The translations under genes were made by a program, and so were the position numbers. Below are positions 29,741 to 40,417 of a stretch of 64,000 nt of DNA, in pieces. The notes under the pieces were generated by a model. It was not told the origin of the DNA and did not search any database. It saw only the letters and a program-made list of their open reading frames with translations. Numbering within the stretch: the first letter of the stretch is position 1; the number at the start of each line of letters is the position of its first letter. The stretch comes from Pedobacter sp. (GTDB lineage: Bacteria; Desulfobacterota; Desulfuromonadia; Desulfuromonadales; Syntrophotaleaceae): assembly GCA_050253415.1 (NCBI GenBank), contig JBFWJC010000003.1, positions 128,001 to 192,000 of the forward strand, given 5' to 3'.

Positions 29741-30118
29741 ATGATCAAGATCGATTTTGAAAAAATGGGTGGCCTGGTGCCAGCCATTATTCAGGACTAC
29801 CAGACCAATGAAGTGCTGATGGTGGCATTTCTCGATGAAAAGGCACTGAATCTGACTTTGGAAACCGGGAAAACCTGGTTTTTCAGCCGCCGGCGTAACA
29901 AATACTGGATGAAAGGCGAGCAATCCGGAAACACCCAGGAAGTCAAAGAGGTGCTGACCGATTGCGATGCCGATACCGTGGTCATCAAGGTAAAACAGAA
30001 CGGCGGCGCAGCATGTCATACAGGCAACCGCACCTGCTTTTATGTGCGCTGGGAAGACGGTGCCTGGGTAGAGCATTCCGAACCCCTGTTCGACCCCGAT
30101 GAGGTATATAAAAAATGA
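29741..30118 (+). CDS. hisI: Phosphoribosyl-AMP cyclohydrolase
   Basis: [32 protein letters not shown]. Confidence 0.96.
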   Translation: MIKIDFEKMGGLVPAIIQDYQTNEVLMVAFLDEKALNLTLETGKTWFFSRRRNKYWMKGEQSGNTQEVKEVLTDCDADTVVIKVKQNGGAACHTGNRTCFYVRWEDGAWVEHSEPLFDPDEVYKK

Positions 30119-30990
30119 GCCGCCAACTCAAGCTGGGTATCCCTAAGGGCAGCTTGGAAACGGCAACGGTAGATTTATTTCAAAAGGCCGGTTGGAATAT
30201 CCGGGTGTCCTCCCGCAATTACTTTCCCGCTATCGATGACGAAGACATCAGCTGCAGTCTGATCCGCAGCCAGGAAATGGCCAAATATGTCGAGCGTGGT
30301 ACCATCGACGTCGGTATCGCCGGCCGTGACTGGGTGATGGAAAACGATTCGGATGTCGAGGTACTTTGTGACCTTGTCTACTCCAAGGTTTCCAGGCGAC
30401 CGGCCCGCTGGGTGCTTGTGGTAACCAACGATTCCCCGGTACACAAACCGGAAGATCTGCAGGGAAAGACCATTTCCACCGAACTGGTCGGTTTTACCCG
30501 GCGTTATTTTTTAGAGCGCGGTATCGATGTCGATGTTGAATTTTCCTGGGGGGCTACCGAGGCCAAGGTCGTTGAAGGTTTGTGCGATGCTATTGTTGAG
30601 GTGACGGAAACCGGCTCGACTCTCAAGGCGAATAACTTGAGGATAGTGGAAACCCTCATGGAGTCGACACCCGTCATCCTTGCTAACAAGCAGGCCTGGC
30701 AAGATCCCTGGAAGCGCGGCAAGATCGAACAACTGTGCACACTGCTGCAGGCGGCACTGCGTGCCGAAAAGATGGTTGGCCTGAAAATGAATGCAGCCTA
30801 CGACAAGGTGGAGGATATTATCCGCATTCTGCCAAGCCTGTACCGTCCGACGGTGGCCAATCTCTATCAGTCTGAATGGGTATCCATCGAGACGGTGCTG
30901 CACGAAAAAGAGGTGCGCTGCATTATCCCGGAGCTGGTTAAACTGGGCGCGCAGGGGATTGTCGAATATCCCCTCAACAAGATCATATAA
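30115..30990 (+). CDS. hisG: ATP phosphoribosyltransferase, long form
   Basis: [33 protein letters not shown]-terminal regulatory domain; 291 aa. Confidence 0.95.
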   Translation: MSRQLKLGIPKGSLETATVDLFQKAGWNIRVSSRNYFPAIDDEDISCSLIRSQEMAKYVERGTIDVGIAGRDWVMENDSDVEVLCDLVYSKVSRRPARWVLVVTNDSPVHKPEDLQGKTISTELVGFTRRYFLERGIDVDVEFSWGATEAKVVEGLCDAIVEVTETGSTLKANNLRIVETLMESTPVILANKQAWQDPWKRGKIEQLCTLLQAALRAEKMVGLKMNAAYDKVEDIIRILPSLYRPTVANLYQSEWVSIETVLHEKEVRCIIPELVKLGAQGIVEYPLNKII

Positions 30991-31126
30991 AACAGTTTGT
31001 ATTCGGGAATTGGTTAGTCAGCTACCATGCTGATGGCTGGTGTTCCCTGCGATTGAGGCGGCGAGACCTTGCTGTCGATGTTGTTTGCCGTTTGAATATT
31101 ATTTGATCGTTATATGGAGAGTTTTT

Positions 31127-31540
31127 ATGGAAAGAACTTTTGCTATTGTTAAGCCTGATGCCTTTGCCGCAGGTCATGCCGGTCGTATTCTGGCGCGTAT
31201 TTATGAGGAAGGTTTTTGTATTATCGGCATGAAGAAACTGAACCTGAGCGAAGAACAGGCTGCCGGTTTTTATTATGTGCATAAAGACAGGCCGTTTTTT
31301 GATGACCTCAAAGGTTTCATGAGCAGCGGTCCGTGCATTGCCCTGGTGCTGGAAGCCGAAGGCGCTATTCGCAAATGGCGCGATCTTATGGGGGCCACCA
31401 ACCCTGCGGATGCCGGGGAAGGTACTTTGCGCAAGGAGTTTGGAACATCGCTGGGACGTAATGCGGTACATGGTTCCGATGCCGCAGAAACCGCCGCTTT
31501 TGAAGTGGGTTATTTCTTCTCTGGGATGGAGCTGCTTTGA
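31127..31540 (+). CDS. ndk: Nucleoside-diphosphate kinase
   Basis: [23 protein letters not shown]. Confidence 0.97.
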   Translation: MERTFAIVKPDAFAAGHAGRILARIYEEGFCIIGMKKLNLSEEQAAGFYYVHKDRPFFDDLKGFMSSGPCIALVLEAEGAIRKWRDLMGATNPADAGEGTLRKEFGTSLGRNAVHGSDAAETAAFEVGYFFSGMELL

Positions 31541-31586
31541 TCGGTTTTCGCCGTTTTCTCTAAGTTGTATAGGGACTTGTGCCCGG

Positions 31587-31620
31587 AAAGCCCTTCAGAT
31601 ACAATCGGAGGGCTTTTTTT
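31587..31620 (+). terminator. Intrinsic terminator after ndk
   Basis: AAAGCCCTTC...GGAGGGCTTT followed by T-run. Confidence 0.8.
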
Positions 31621-31710
31621 GATGGTTTGGCCATCTTCTGCATTTTGCAAAAGTATTTTTTAAGTTTTTTAAAGAACCTCGCGGTTTGTACCGTTGCATG
31701 GATAATATTG

Positions 31711-32811
31711 ATGGATCACGATACACGAATCGACCTTAAGAATCTCACCCTGGAAGAGTTGACAGAATTTTTGGCCGGTATGGGCAAGGAGCGATTCCGA
31801 GCCAGCCAGGTCATGCGCTGGATGTATGGCCGCATGGTGGACAACTTTGAGGCCATGAGCGATTTGTCCAAAGCCTTGCGGACAGAATTGCAGCAGCGTG
31901 CCCGCATCAGTCATCTGGAACCCGAAGCCACGGAAGACAGCAGGGACGGAACCCGCAAGTATCTGTTTCGCCTAGAAGACGGCGAAACCATCGAAACGGT
32001 GCGTATTCCCATGGAGGAAAACCGGGCCACGTTGTGTATCTCGACACAGGTCGGGTGCGCCATGGGCTGCGTATTCTGCCATACCGGCAGTTTCGGACTG
32101 GTGCGAAATCTCACTCCCGGTGAGATCGTCAATCAGGTTTGCGCTGCCCTGGCTGACGGCCCCGTAAATAATATTGTGCTGATGGGCATGGGAGAGCCGC
32201 TGCACAATCTCGATAACGTTGTCAAAGCTTTGCAAATTTTCTATCTGACCGAAGGCCTCGCCTTCAGTCCCCGCAAGGTGACTCTGTCTACGGCTGGCCT
32301 GGTGCCGGAAATGCTTGAGTTGGGACAGCGCATTCGCGTTAATCTGGCTGTGTCGCTCAATGCCACCACCGACGAGGTACGCAACCAGCTTATGCCCATC
32401 AATCGGCGTTATCCCCTGGATCAGCTTATAGATGCGTGCCGGAAATTTCCTTTGGAGCCGAGACAGCGCATCACGTTCGAATATATTCTTATTCGTGGGG
32501 TCAACGATTCCGATCAGGACGCACGGCGGTTGGTGAAGCTGTTGCACGGGGTTAAGTCCAAGGTAAACCTCATTCCGTTCAATGAACACTCTGCCTCGCC
32601 TTTCAAAGCGCCGACCGGAGATCGTGTGACGCGGTTTCAGGGACATTTGCTTGACCGCGGCATGGTGGCTATCCGTCGTGCCAGCAAGGGACAGGACATT
32701 GCCGCCGCCTGCGGACAGCTTAAGGGTAAATGCTCCCCGGTGAGGAATCGGCAGGATGCCGTCAAAGCCGCCGTCATCGATCATCCACAAGAGAAAGGTA
32801 AGGGGAAATGA
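31711..32811 (+). CDS. rlmN: 23S rRNA/tRNA m2A methyltransferase (radical SAM)
   Basis: [29 protein letters not shown]. Confidence 0.96.
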   Translation: MDHDTRIDLKNLTLEELTEFLAGMGKERFRASQVMRWMYGRMVDNFEAMSDLSKALRTELQQRARISHLEPEATEDSRDGTRKYLFRLEDGETIETVRIPMEENRATLCISTQVGCAMGCVFCHTGSFGLVRNLTPGEIVNQVCAALADGPVNNIVLMGMGEPLHNLDNVVKALQIFYLTEGLAFSPRKVTLSTAGLVPEMLELGQRIRVNLAVSLNATTDEVRNQLMPINRRYPLDQLIDACRKFPLEPRQRITFEYILIRGVNDSDQDARRLVKLLHGVKSKVNLIPFNEHSASPFKAPTGDRVTRFQGHLLDRGMVAIRRASKGQDIAAACGQLKGKCSPVRNRQDAVKAAVIDHPQEKGKGK

Positions 32812-33671
32812 AACAGTCAGTTATAGGGGTTATCGGCGGCAGCGGCCTGTACGATATGGAAGATCTCACCGACGTACGCGAGGTATCCCTCAATACGCCA
32901 TTCGGTACACCTTCCGATGTTTTTATTACCGGCGTGCTGGATGACGTAAAAATGGTTTTTCTGCCGAGACATGGCCGCGGGCATCGTTTGTTGCCGTCCG
33001 AAGTGCCTTATCGGGCCAATATCCATGGGATGAAACAGCTTGGTGTGGAGCGCATCATTTCCGTATCGGCGGTTGGCAGTATGCGCGAACAGATCGTCCC
33101 TGGGCACATTGTCATTCCCGATCAGTTTTTCGACCGCACCCAGGGCAAGCGCCAATCGACGTTTTTCGGCGAGGGGATCGTCGGGCATGTGCAGTTTGCG
33201 GACCCGGTGTGTCATGACCTGTCGCGGGTGCTGGCCGACGCTGCCCGGCGGGTAGGAGCTACCGTTCACGAAGGTGGCACCTACCTGTGTATCGAAGGAC
33301 CTAATTTCTCCACACGCGCTGAATCGAACATTTATCGCAGCTGGGGGGTGGATATTATCGGCATGACCAATGTTCCCGAAGCGCGACTGGCTCGCGAGGC
33401 GGAAATCTGTTACGGCACGGTTGCTCTCGCCACGGATTATGACTGCTGGCATGAGGGGCATGACGATGTGTCCGTCGATGCGGTGGTGGCCATCATAAAG
33501 CAAAATGTGGCTACGGCCCGTCAGATAATACGCGAGTCTGTCCGCAGTATGGCCTCTGCGAGCAATTGTTCATGCAACGAAGCCTTGCGGTTCGCCATCA
33601 TGACCGCACCGGATGCCATTCCGGCAACCACCCGCACGAAACTAGGTTTGCTTCTCGATAAATATCTTTGA
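32808..33671 (+). CDS. mtnP: S-methyl-5'-thioadenosine phosphorylase
   Basis: [37 protein letters not shown]. Confidence 0.94.
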   Translation: MKQSVIGVIGGSGLYDMEDLTDVREVSLNTPFGTPSDVFITGVLDDVKMVFLPRHGRGHRLLPSEVPYRANIHGMKQLGVERIISVSAVGSMREQIVPGHIVIPDQFFDRTQGKRQSTFFGEGIVGHVQFADPVCHDLSRVLADAARRVGATVHEGGTYLCIEGPNFSTRAESNIYRSWGVDIIGMTNVPEARLAREAEICYGTVALATDYDCWHEGHDDVSVDAVVAIIKQNVATARQIIRESVRSMASASNCSCNEALRFAIMTAPDAIPATTRTKLGLLLDKYL

Positions 33672-33713
33672 ATATAATTTGCCAGCCTCGGTCTTGCCGA
33701 GGTGGAGGTGCCC

Positions 33714-34481
33714 ATGGTTCGGAAGATATCGTGTTCAGGTTGGGGATGTTTGGTGATTGCCCTGATGATTACGGGGTGTACATCATCCAATAATGCGTAC
33801 AAGGATGTTAGTCAAAATGCCAAGGTTCATTACACCTTGGGTATTGCCGAGTTGAAAAATAACAACCCGACCATGGCGCTGGCCAAGTTTTTGGACGCGG
33901 AAAAAATTGATAAACGCGACCCCGATATTCAGGAAGGCCTGGCCCAGGCTTATCAACGTAAAGGTGCTTTTGCCGAAGCTGAAAAACATTATTTGAAGGC
34001 TATTGCAATGCGCTCCGACGAACCACGCTACTACAACAATCTCGGGGCTCTGTATCTCGATATGCAACGCCCCGATGATGCCCTGCCCAATCTGGAAAAG
34101 GCCGCAAACAATCTCCTGTTCGCCTCTCCCGAAATTCCTCTGACCGGTATCGGTATTGCGCGTTCGCTCAAAAACGACTATGTCGGTGCGGTAGCAGCCT
34201 ACAGGGAGGCTCTGAGCAAGAACCCCAGGTATGCGGAAGCGTACATTCGCCTTGGTGAAGCCTTGACTGCTATGGGGCAGGTTGATAGTGGGTTGAAGGA
34301 ATATCGCAAAGCCCTGGTTCTGGTTCCAGAATCTACCCGGCTGCATTTTTTGATGGGGATGGCTTTCATGAAAAATGGTGATATGGAACAGGCTCGTAAG
34401 GCCTTTACCAAGGTCCAGCAATTGCTCCCTGAATCGGAAATGGGTCAGCGGGCCAACGATTACCTCGATATGTTGCAATGA
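33714..34481 (+). CDS. TPR lipoprotein, PilF/PilW pilotin-like
   Basis: Lipobox ITGC, TPRs (YYNNLGALY); position in ndk-rlmN-pilF-rodZ synteny. Confidence 0.75.
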   Translation: MVRKISCSGWGCLVIALMITGCTSSNNAYKDVSQNAKVHYTLGIAELKNNNPTMALAKFLDAEKIDKRDPDIQEGLAQAYQRKGAFAEAEKHYLKAIAMRSDEPRYYNNLGALYLDMQRPDDALPNLEKAANNLLFASPEIPLTGIGIARSLKNDYVGAVAAYREALSKNPRYAEAYIRLGEALTAMGQVDSGLKEYRKALVLVPESTRLHFLMGMAFMKNGDMEQARKAFTKVQQLLPESEMGQRANDYLDMLQ

Positions 34482-34493
34482 GGGGCAAACGTT

Positions 34494-35429
34494 ATGCATG
34501 AAAAATCAACCGAGGAAATTACTGCCGAAACGCCACAAAAACCGGAATTGGGAACGTTACTGCTTTCCCGGCGCGAGGCTTGCGGTTTGAGTCTGGAAAC
34601 CGTGGCTGAGCGAACCCACATCCGCCGGTCTTTTCTGCAGGCGTTTGAGAACGGCGACTACGAACAATTGCCGGCGTTCCCTTATGCTATCGGTTTTCTA
34701 AGACAATACGCCACTTTGCTGGGGCTCGATGCGGATTCTATTGTACAGGATTATCGCTTGGCTATCCAACCGAGCCAAGACGTGCCTCATCGCCATAAAC
34801 CATCTGAAGTGCCCCCTTTAAAAACCGAATCTGTCCGTAAACAACGTCTTGGTCGTTTTTTGTGGCCTGTTATCGTTATGGTATTGATCGGAGCTGTCTG
34901 GTTGCTATTTTACAACATGGGCGTTGGTCCTTGGTCTGCTGAGCGAAATGAAGACATTCCTGTCGTTGAAAGCGCTGCCAACGCGTCTGCCGATGAAACT
35001 GTCTTGGAGCCAGTGTCCAGAAATGACGTGGCATCGCCAGCGCAAACACCATCGCTAGTCGAGCCAGATTCGGCCACGGTGTCTCCAGTTGGGGACTCAA
35101 TGCCTCAAGCAATAAAATTGCCGCTTCCCTCGGAAGGGGGCGTTTTTCGGATTGAATCCAAAGGGACCGGATGGGTGGAAATCGAAGCCGACCGTCGACC
35201 ATTGCAAAACTATGATATGCAGCCAGGCACCCTGGTCGATTGGACCGTGCGTAATTTTGCGGAAATTCGGTTGAATATCCAGGGGGGGGCGCAGGCGTGG
35301 CTCGACGACCGAAAACTTGATCTGCCAGAAACTTGCATGGTGATTCTTGGCCAGTTGGCCGAGGCAAAGCCCATCGAGCCGTTGGCTACACTGACTGCGG
35401 GAAACCATGATGAGACCTCGCAACCCTGA
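34494..35429 (+). CDS. RodZ-like HTH_25 membrane protein
   Basis: N-terminal HTH (GFLRQYATLLGLD), single TM helix, C-terminal beta-rich domain. Confidence 0.82.
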   Translation: MHEKSTEEITAETPQKPELGTLLLSRREACGLSLETVAERTHIRRSFLQAFENGDYEQLPAFPYAIGFLRQYATLLGLDADSIVQDYRLAIQPSQDVPHRHKPSEVPPLKTESVRKQRLGRFLWPVIVMVLIGAVWLLFYNMGVGPWSAERNEDIPVVESAANASADETVLEPVSRNDVASPAQTPSLVEPDSATVSPVGDSMPQAIKLPLPSEGGVFRIESKGTGWVEIEADRRPLQNYDMQPGTLVDWTVRNFAEIRLNIQGGAQAWLDDRKLDLPETCMVILGQLAEAKPIEPLATLTAGNHDETSQP

Positions 35430-36234
35430 TGAAAACCTGACAGCGGCGATCGACGCGGTACGCGATCGGATGGGACCGGATCCTTTTGATCTGGCTATAA
35501 TCCTTGGCTCCGGACTGGGGCAGGTTGCGGCCGATGTTGATCCGGCTACGAAATGGGCGTACAACAGCTTCTCCTGTTTTCCGCCCGGTGCCGTGGCGGG
35601 GCACGCAGGTCAGTTGGTCGCCGGAATCCTTCATGGTCGCAGGACCCTGATATTCCAGGGACGCTTCCATATGTATCAGGGGCTGACTGCCTGGCAGACA
35701 GCCATGCCTGTACGTTTGGCCCACTCATTGGGCTGCACTCGCATGCTTTTGACCAATGCTGTGGGTGGAATTCACGCGGACCTTCTTCCCGGCCGTTTTA
35801 TGTTTGTCTGCGACCATCTTAATCTGCTTGGCGATAATCCCCTTCGCGGACTTGACGGCGATACTTTTATCGATTTGACAAAGCTTTACCGCAATGATCT
35901 GTTTCCTTCTCTAAAAGCCGAGTCTTTGTCTCAAGGGAACTCCCTTCATCAAGGGGTTTTGGCAGCGGTGCCTGGCCCCTCTTATGAAACTCCGGCGGAG
36001 GTACGTGCGCTGCAACTGCTGGGTGCCGATGCCGTTTCCATGTCTCTGGTTCCTGAGGCCATTATGGCCAGATATCTGCAAATGGAGGTTGTTGGACTCA
36101 GTTTTACCACCAATCGTGCGGCCGGATTAGGGACCCAAGGCTTGAGTCATGAAGAGGTTCTCGCAACCGGGATCCTTGGTGCCGCGGATCTTTCTTTTTT
36201 GGTGAAGCAGCTTTGCCGGCTTTGGTTTTCATGA
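35407..36234 (+). CDS. Purine-nucleoside phosphorylase (trimeric type)
   Basis: ILGSGLG, GHAG, QGRFHMY, TNAVGG, GPSYETPAE, TNRAAG. Confidence 0.92.
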   Translation: MMRPRNPDENLTAAIDAVRDRMGPDPFDLAIILGSGLGQVAADVDPATKWAYNSFSCFPPGAVAGHAGQLVAGILHGRRTLIFQGRFHMYQGLTAWQTAMPVRLAHSLGCTRMLLTNAVGGIHADLLPGRFMFVCDHLNLLGDNPLRGLDGDTFIDLTKLYRNDLFPSLKAESLSQGNSLHQGVLAAVPGPSYETPAEVRALQLLGADAVSMSLVPEAIMARYLQMEVVGLSFTTNRAAGLGTQGLSHEEVLATGILGAADLSFLVKQLCRLWFS

Positions 36235-36325
36235 TGAAATTAGAGGTATCGATGGTTTGTCTTTGTGTCCTCTAAATATCTGTAATTAATATAAAAAACA
36301 TATTTTTCAAAGATTTTGAACCTGC

Positions 36326-36353
36326 TTGACAGTCCCGCCCTCGATGGTATGCT
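36326..36353 (+). promoter_or_regulatory. Sigma70-type promoter
   Basis: TTGACA-16 nt-TATGCT with extended -10 TG. Confidence 0.6.
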
Positions 36354-36380
36354 TTAGGCAAAATGAACAAGGGGGTGGCC

Positions 36381-36770
36381 GTGCGGGTTCAAGAAAAAGT
36401 ACTTGTTGTCGATGATGAAGAAAATGCCCGTATTGCCCTGCGCGCGATTCTGCAGCAGGAAGGTTACGTGGTTGATAGTGTGGCCAACGGTTACGAGGCC
36501 TTGGAGTTTTTGCGTCAACACAAAGTCAACGTGGTTATCAGCGATCTTAAAATGCCTGAAATGAACGGACTTACCTTCCTGCGCGAGCTAAATCGCCGTT
36601 ATCCAAGTACGCGGGTTATCATGGTGACCGCTTATGGAGGGGTAGAGTCATATCTTGAGGCCATTCAACTCGGTGCTTTTGAGTATATACACAAACCTGT
36701 CAAGGTGGACGAGCTCAAATATATTATGCATAAGATGCTGACAGAGGGACGTCCGAGTAAAGCTAACTGA
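36381..36770 (+). CDS. Single-domain response regulator
   Basis: VVDDE, SDLKMP, VTAYG, HKP; GTG start after AAGGGGG (alternative ATG at 36363). Confidence 0.9.
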   Translation: MRVQEKVLVVDDEENARIALRAILQQEGYVVDSVANGYEALEFLRQHKVNVVISDLKMPEMNGLTFLRELNRRYPSTRVIMVTAYGGVESYLEAIQLGAFEYIHKPVKVDELKYIMHKMLTEGRPSKAN

Positions 36771-36788
36771 CCTATCTGGGGAGTTGCA

Positions 36789-37235
36789 ATGAAAGAATTC
36801 AAGACGATACTTTTCGCCACCGACTTTTCGGAAAACTCCGAATACGCATTTGACTATGCTCTTGCCATGGCGCGTAAATATCAATCATTGCTTGCCATTG
36901 TGCATATCATTAACGAACCGGTGGATCTTCGTGGTTTCTATGTACCCCACATCTCGTTTGAATCCCTGGAGGAGGAGATCGAGGAAGGGGCCCGTAAGAT
37001 GATGGAAAAGTTCTGCCGCATGCATGTCAGCGATTACGAAAATTATCAGACTTTTATCGTGCCAGGCATTCCCTACGACGAGATCATCAAAAAGGCCGAG
37101 GATCTCAAAGCTGACCTGATCATTATGGGCACGCAGGGTCGTTCAGGGCTGGATCACGTTCTGTTTGGCAGTACCGCGGAGAAGGTGGTACGCAAATCAC
37201 CTGTGCCTGTCATGACTATTCGCGTTCCGGGTTGA
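36789..37235 (+). CDS. Universal stress protein
   Basis: ATDFSENS, DLIIMGTQGRSG, FGSTAEKVVR. Confidence 0.94.
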   Translation: MKEFKTILFATDFSENSEYAFDYALAMARKYQSLLAIVHIINEPVDLRGFYVPHISFESLEEEIEEGARKMMEKFCRMHVSDYENYQTFIVPGIPYDEIIKKAEDLKADLIIMGTQGRSGLDHVLFGSTAEKVVRKSPVPVMTIRVPG

Positions 37236-37258
37236 TTCCATATATATCTTCTGACATC

Positions 37259-37289
37259 GAAGGGCGACTATCGGTCGCCCTTTTTCTTT
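37259..37289 (+). terminator. Intrinsic terminator after the USP gene
   Basis: GAAGGGCGAC-tatcg-GTCGCCCTTT followed by T-rich tail. Confidence 0.8.
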
Positions 37290-37593
37290 GAGGGCGGCGA
37301 CTATCGGGTTACCGCCTTCGAATATTTCCCCCTTGCATAATCGATTTGTGCAAGGGTATCCTTGAAAATTAGCATGGGGTTCATGCTTGTCGGTTGACTA
37401 TTTATTTAAAGATACAGCTAATCCCATAGTGACCAAAGATGTATACTGGCGGACGGGCTGTCTCACTGCTTTGCGATAGTCATGAAGACCTGGGTCCCTG
37501 TTGTTCTTTCAGTAGCCGTTTTTTAGAGCAGAACCGATGCCCTTGCGCTATGGCGCCGTACATGGCTGAGATGGTTTTCAGCTTCCTAAGGAG

Positions 37594-38774
37594 ATGGTGA
37601 TGTCCAACCGGATTCTTGTGGTGGATGATGAATCGATTATTCTGCAACTGGCCACCATGGTATTGACCAGTCGTGGTTTTGAGGTTCTTACGGCCCAAAG
37701 CGGGCAGGAATGTCTTGATGTCGTAAAGGCTGAGAAGCCTGATCTGGTGCTGCTCGATTATATGATGCCTGTCATGGATGGCATGACAACACTGCGTCAT
37801 TTGCGCCATCTTCATCCTGACACGTATGTGATCATGTTGACCGGCAAAGGCAGTGAACAGATAGCCGTCGAGGTGATGAAAGCAGGTGCCGCCGATTATA
37901 TTCTCAAACCGTTCAAGAATCAGGATCTTGTTGAAAGGATCGAGAATGTACTGCGCATCCGTCGCATTGAGATGCACAATCGGGAACTACGGGAAGAACG
38001 GGAGCGCCTGCTTAGCGAAATAGAAGTCTGGAACATGGAACTGGAAAGACGCGTGGCTGAAAAGACCCGTGAACTTGAGTTGGCGCATGCCGAAATCCTG
38101 CAGGCAGAAAAACTTGCGGCATTGGGGCATGTTTCGGCAGGCATGGCGCATGAAATTCGCAACCCGCTCAATGCTATCGGCTTGTTCGCGCAGATTTTAA
38201 GGCCGGTAATGGCGCACGATACCGAAAAGGCCGGATATATCGATAAGTTGCTGCAGGAGGTCGATCGTATCGATGCGATCCTGTCCAAACTTCTGGACGC
38301 CAGCAAGGCGCCCAAGGTGACCCTTGAACCGGTCTGCCTGATCGGAACTATCGATCGCATCCTGGAGACCTTCAGTGAACAGCTCAAAGCCAGCCATGTG
38401 AAGGTCGAAAAAATTATGCTCAGGTGCCACCGTTGATGATGGCGGATAGTGGGGAAATAGAGCAGATTTTCACTAACCTTTTCGCCAATTCTCTCTACGA
38501 GATGCAACATGGGGGCGTGCTTGGGGTAACGGTTCATTACGACGGTCAGAAAGCGACCATTGAGGTTTCCGATACCGGCGGAGGTATCCCGCGGGAAAAC
38601 CTCAGCCAGATTTTCGATCCGTTTTTCACGACCAAGACCAAAGGTACCGGTTTCGGTTTGTCGGTGGTGCTGCGCATCGTCAAAAACTATCATGGTCATA
38701 TTAATGTACGCAGCACGGCGGGGGAAGGAACCGTATTCAACCTGGAATTCCCCCTTGCCTTGCAAAGCAACTGA
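37594..38774 (+). pseudogene. Hybrid REC-HisKA-HATPase kinase split by a 1-nt frameshift
   Basis: REC and AHEIRNPL lie in 37594-38436. N, G1, F and G2 boxes ([25 protein letters not shown]) lie in the -1 frame to 38774. One extra A in the A6 run at 38408-38413 restores ...VEKNYAQVPPLM... Confidence 0.88.
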
Positions 38775-38824
38775 CCGTCGTCTACGACGCGGTTCATCAG
38801 CCTTTTGGAAAATGAATCACCACC

Positions 38825-40417
38825 ATGTCTTTGTTGTTGCGTGAAATCGCCCTGAACCTGACTGAAGATGAGGCATTGCTACGTGAGCGGATAGGACAGG
38901 AATTGGGTATTGCACCCGAAACCCTGATCAAACTGTGTATCGTTCGGCGTGGAATCGATGCCCGGCGTAAATCTCGTATTTTGAGAGTTTTTAATGTCGA
39001 ATTCGACGTGGCAGACGAAGAGGCTTTGTTGCAGCGTCATGCCAGTCATCCTCGTCTGCAAAGAGTTCAGCCCCGTATTAAGCCATCGATTGTTCCTCTG
39101 AAAAAGCCTTGGCGGGTTGTTGTTGTCGGTATGGGGCCGGCAGGCCTGTTTGCCGCCTGGCATCTGGCGCGCAGCGGTGCGGAGGTCACTTTGCTGGAGC
39201 GGGGACGTCGCGTGGAAACCAGGGTTCATGATATTCGGCGGTTTCGCAGCGAGGGGATTTTCGATCCCGACAGCAATATCGCTTTTGGTGAAGGCGGGGC
39301 CGGGACATTCTCCGACGGCAAACTGACGACCAGGGTCAAACATCCATGGCATCGCCAGGTGCTGCAGACATTGGTGGATTGCGGGGCTCCAGAGGATATC
39401 CTGGTTGACGCCAAACCGCATGTCGGAACCGACCGCCTGCGTCTGGTGCTGATCCGTTTTCGACAGATGCTTATCAAACTTGGCGTCACCATTCGTTATG
39501 AAACGCGCCTCAATGGCTTAATGGTCAAAGCCGGACGCGTCACTGGCGGCATATTGAGTGGCGGCGAAGAACTGCCTTGCGATAGTCTGGTACTTGCTTG
39601 CGGGCATAGTGCCAGGGATACCTATGAAATGTTGCAGGCTTCCGGGGTGACCATGGAAGCCAAACCTTTTGCAGTAGGTGTCCGGGTGGAACATCCGGCC
39701 GAATTGATTAACGCTATCCAGTATGGTCATGCGCGCCACCCGAATTTGCCGACTGCCGAATATGCCTTAACCTGGAACGACCCGAAGACCGGGCGTGGGG
39801 TTTATTCCTTTTGCATGTGCCCGGGAGGCGAGGTGGTTGTGGCCTCTTCCGAGTCGGGTGGCATGGTGGTTAATGGCATGAGTTACCTGCGCCGTGACGG
39901 TCAATTGTCAAACAGCGCGCTGGTTGTTGCTGTCCGGCAGGAAGATTTTGATGGTCAGGATGCGCTAGCCGGGATGCGTTTTCAGCGTCGCTGGGAACAA
40001 CAGGCCTTCCACCTGGGCGGGGGCGATTTTCATGCCCCGGCACAAAATCTCTTGAATTTTCTGGGTCGGGGGAAGGGGCCTCTTTGTTCATCCTGTCGAC
40101 CCGGGGTGCGCGAAGCAGATCTGTCGGAGGGGCTGCCCCTTGCCGTGACCACCGGTCTGCGGCAAGCGTTGCCCCATTTCGACCGGCGCATGCGCGGGTT
40201 TATTACCGCCGAGGCGACACTTGTGGGCATCGAGACCCGCACCTCGGCGCCATTACGTATTTTGCGTGGAGCCAACGGACAGTCCGTTTCCCACGCAGGT
40301 CTTTTCCCCGCAGGGGAGGGGGCCGGTTATGCCGGAGGCATCATGAGTGCCGCCCTTGATGGTATTTCCATCGGTGAGCACATTATCAGTTCTGTACCAA
40401 CCGGGAGTTACAGGTGA
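38825..40417 (+). CDS. Uncharacterised FAD-dependent oxidoreductase (COG2509-like)
   Basis: GMGPAGLFAA, FGEGGAGTFSDGKL, KPHVGTD, FCMCPGG, GEGAGYAGGIMSAA. Confidence 0.9.
   Translation: MSLLLREIALNLTEDEALLRERIGQELGIAPETLIKLCIVRRGIDARRKSRILRVFNVEFDVADEEALLQRHASHPRLQRVQPRIKPSIVPLKKPWRVVVVGMGPAGLFAAWHLARSGAEVTLLERGRRVETRVHDIRRFRSEGIFDPDSNIAFGEGGAGTFSDGKLTTRVKHPWHRQVLQTLVDCGAPEDILVDAKPHVGTDRLRLVLIRFRQMLIKLGVTIRYETRLNGLMVKAGRVTGGILSGGEELPCDSLVLACGHSARDTYEMLQASGVTMEAKPFAVGVRVEHPAELINAIQYGHARHPNLPTAEYALTWNDPKTGRGVYSFCMCPGGEVVVASSESGGMVVNGMSYLRRDGQLSNSALVVAVRQEDFDGQDALAGMRFQRRWEQQAFHLGGGDFHAPAQNLLNFLGRGKGPLCSSCRPGVREADLSEGLPLAVTTGLRQALPHFDRRMRGFITAEATLVGIETRTSAPLRILRGANGQSVSHAGLFPAGEGAGYAGGIMSAALDGISIGEHIISSVPTGSYR

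Noticed and set aside
38434..38439. TGA read-through (selenocysteine) in the hybrid kinase
   Set aside because: The kinase continues in a different frame and there are two consecutive TGAs, so it is a frameshift and not recoding.
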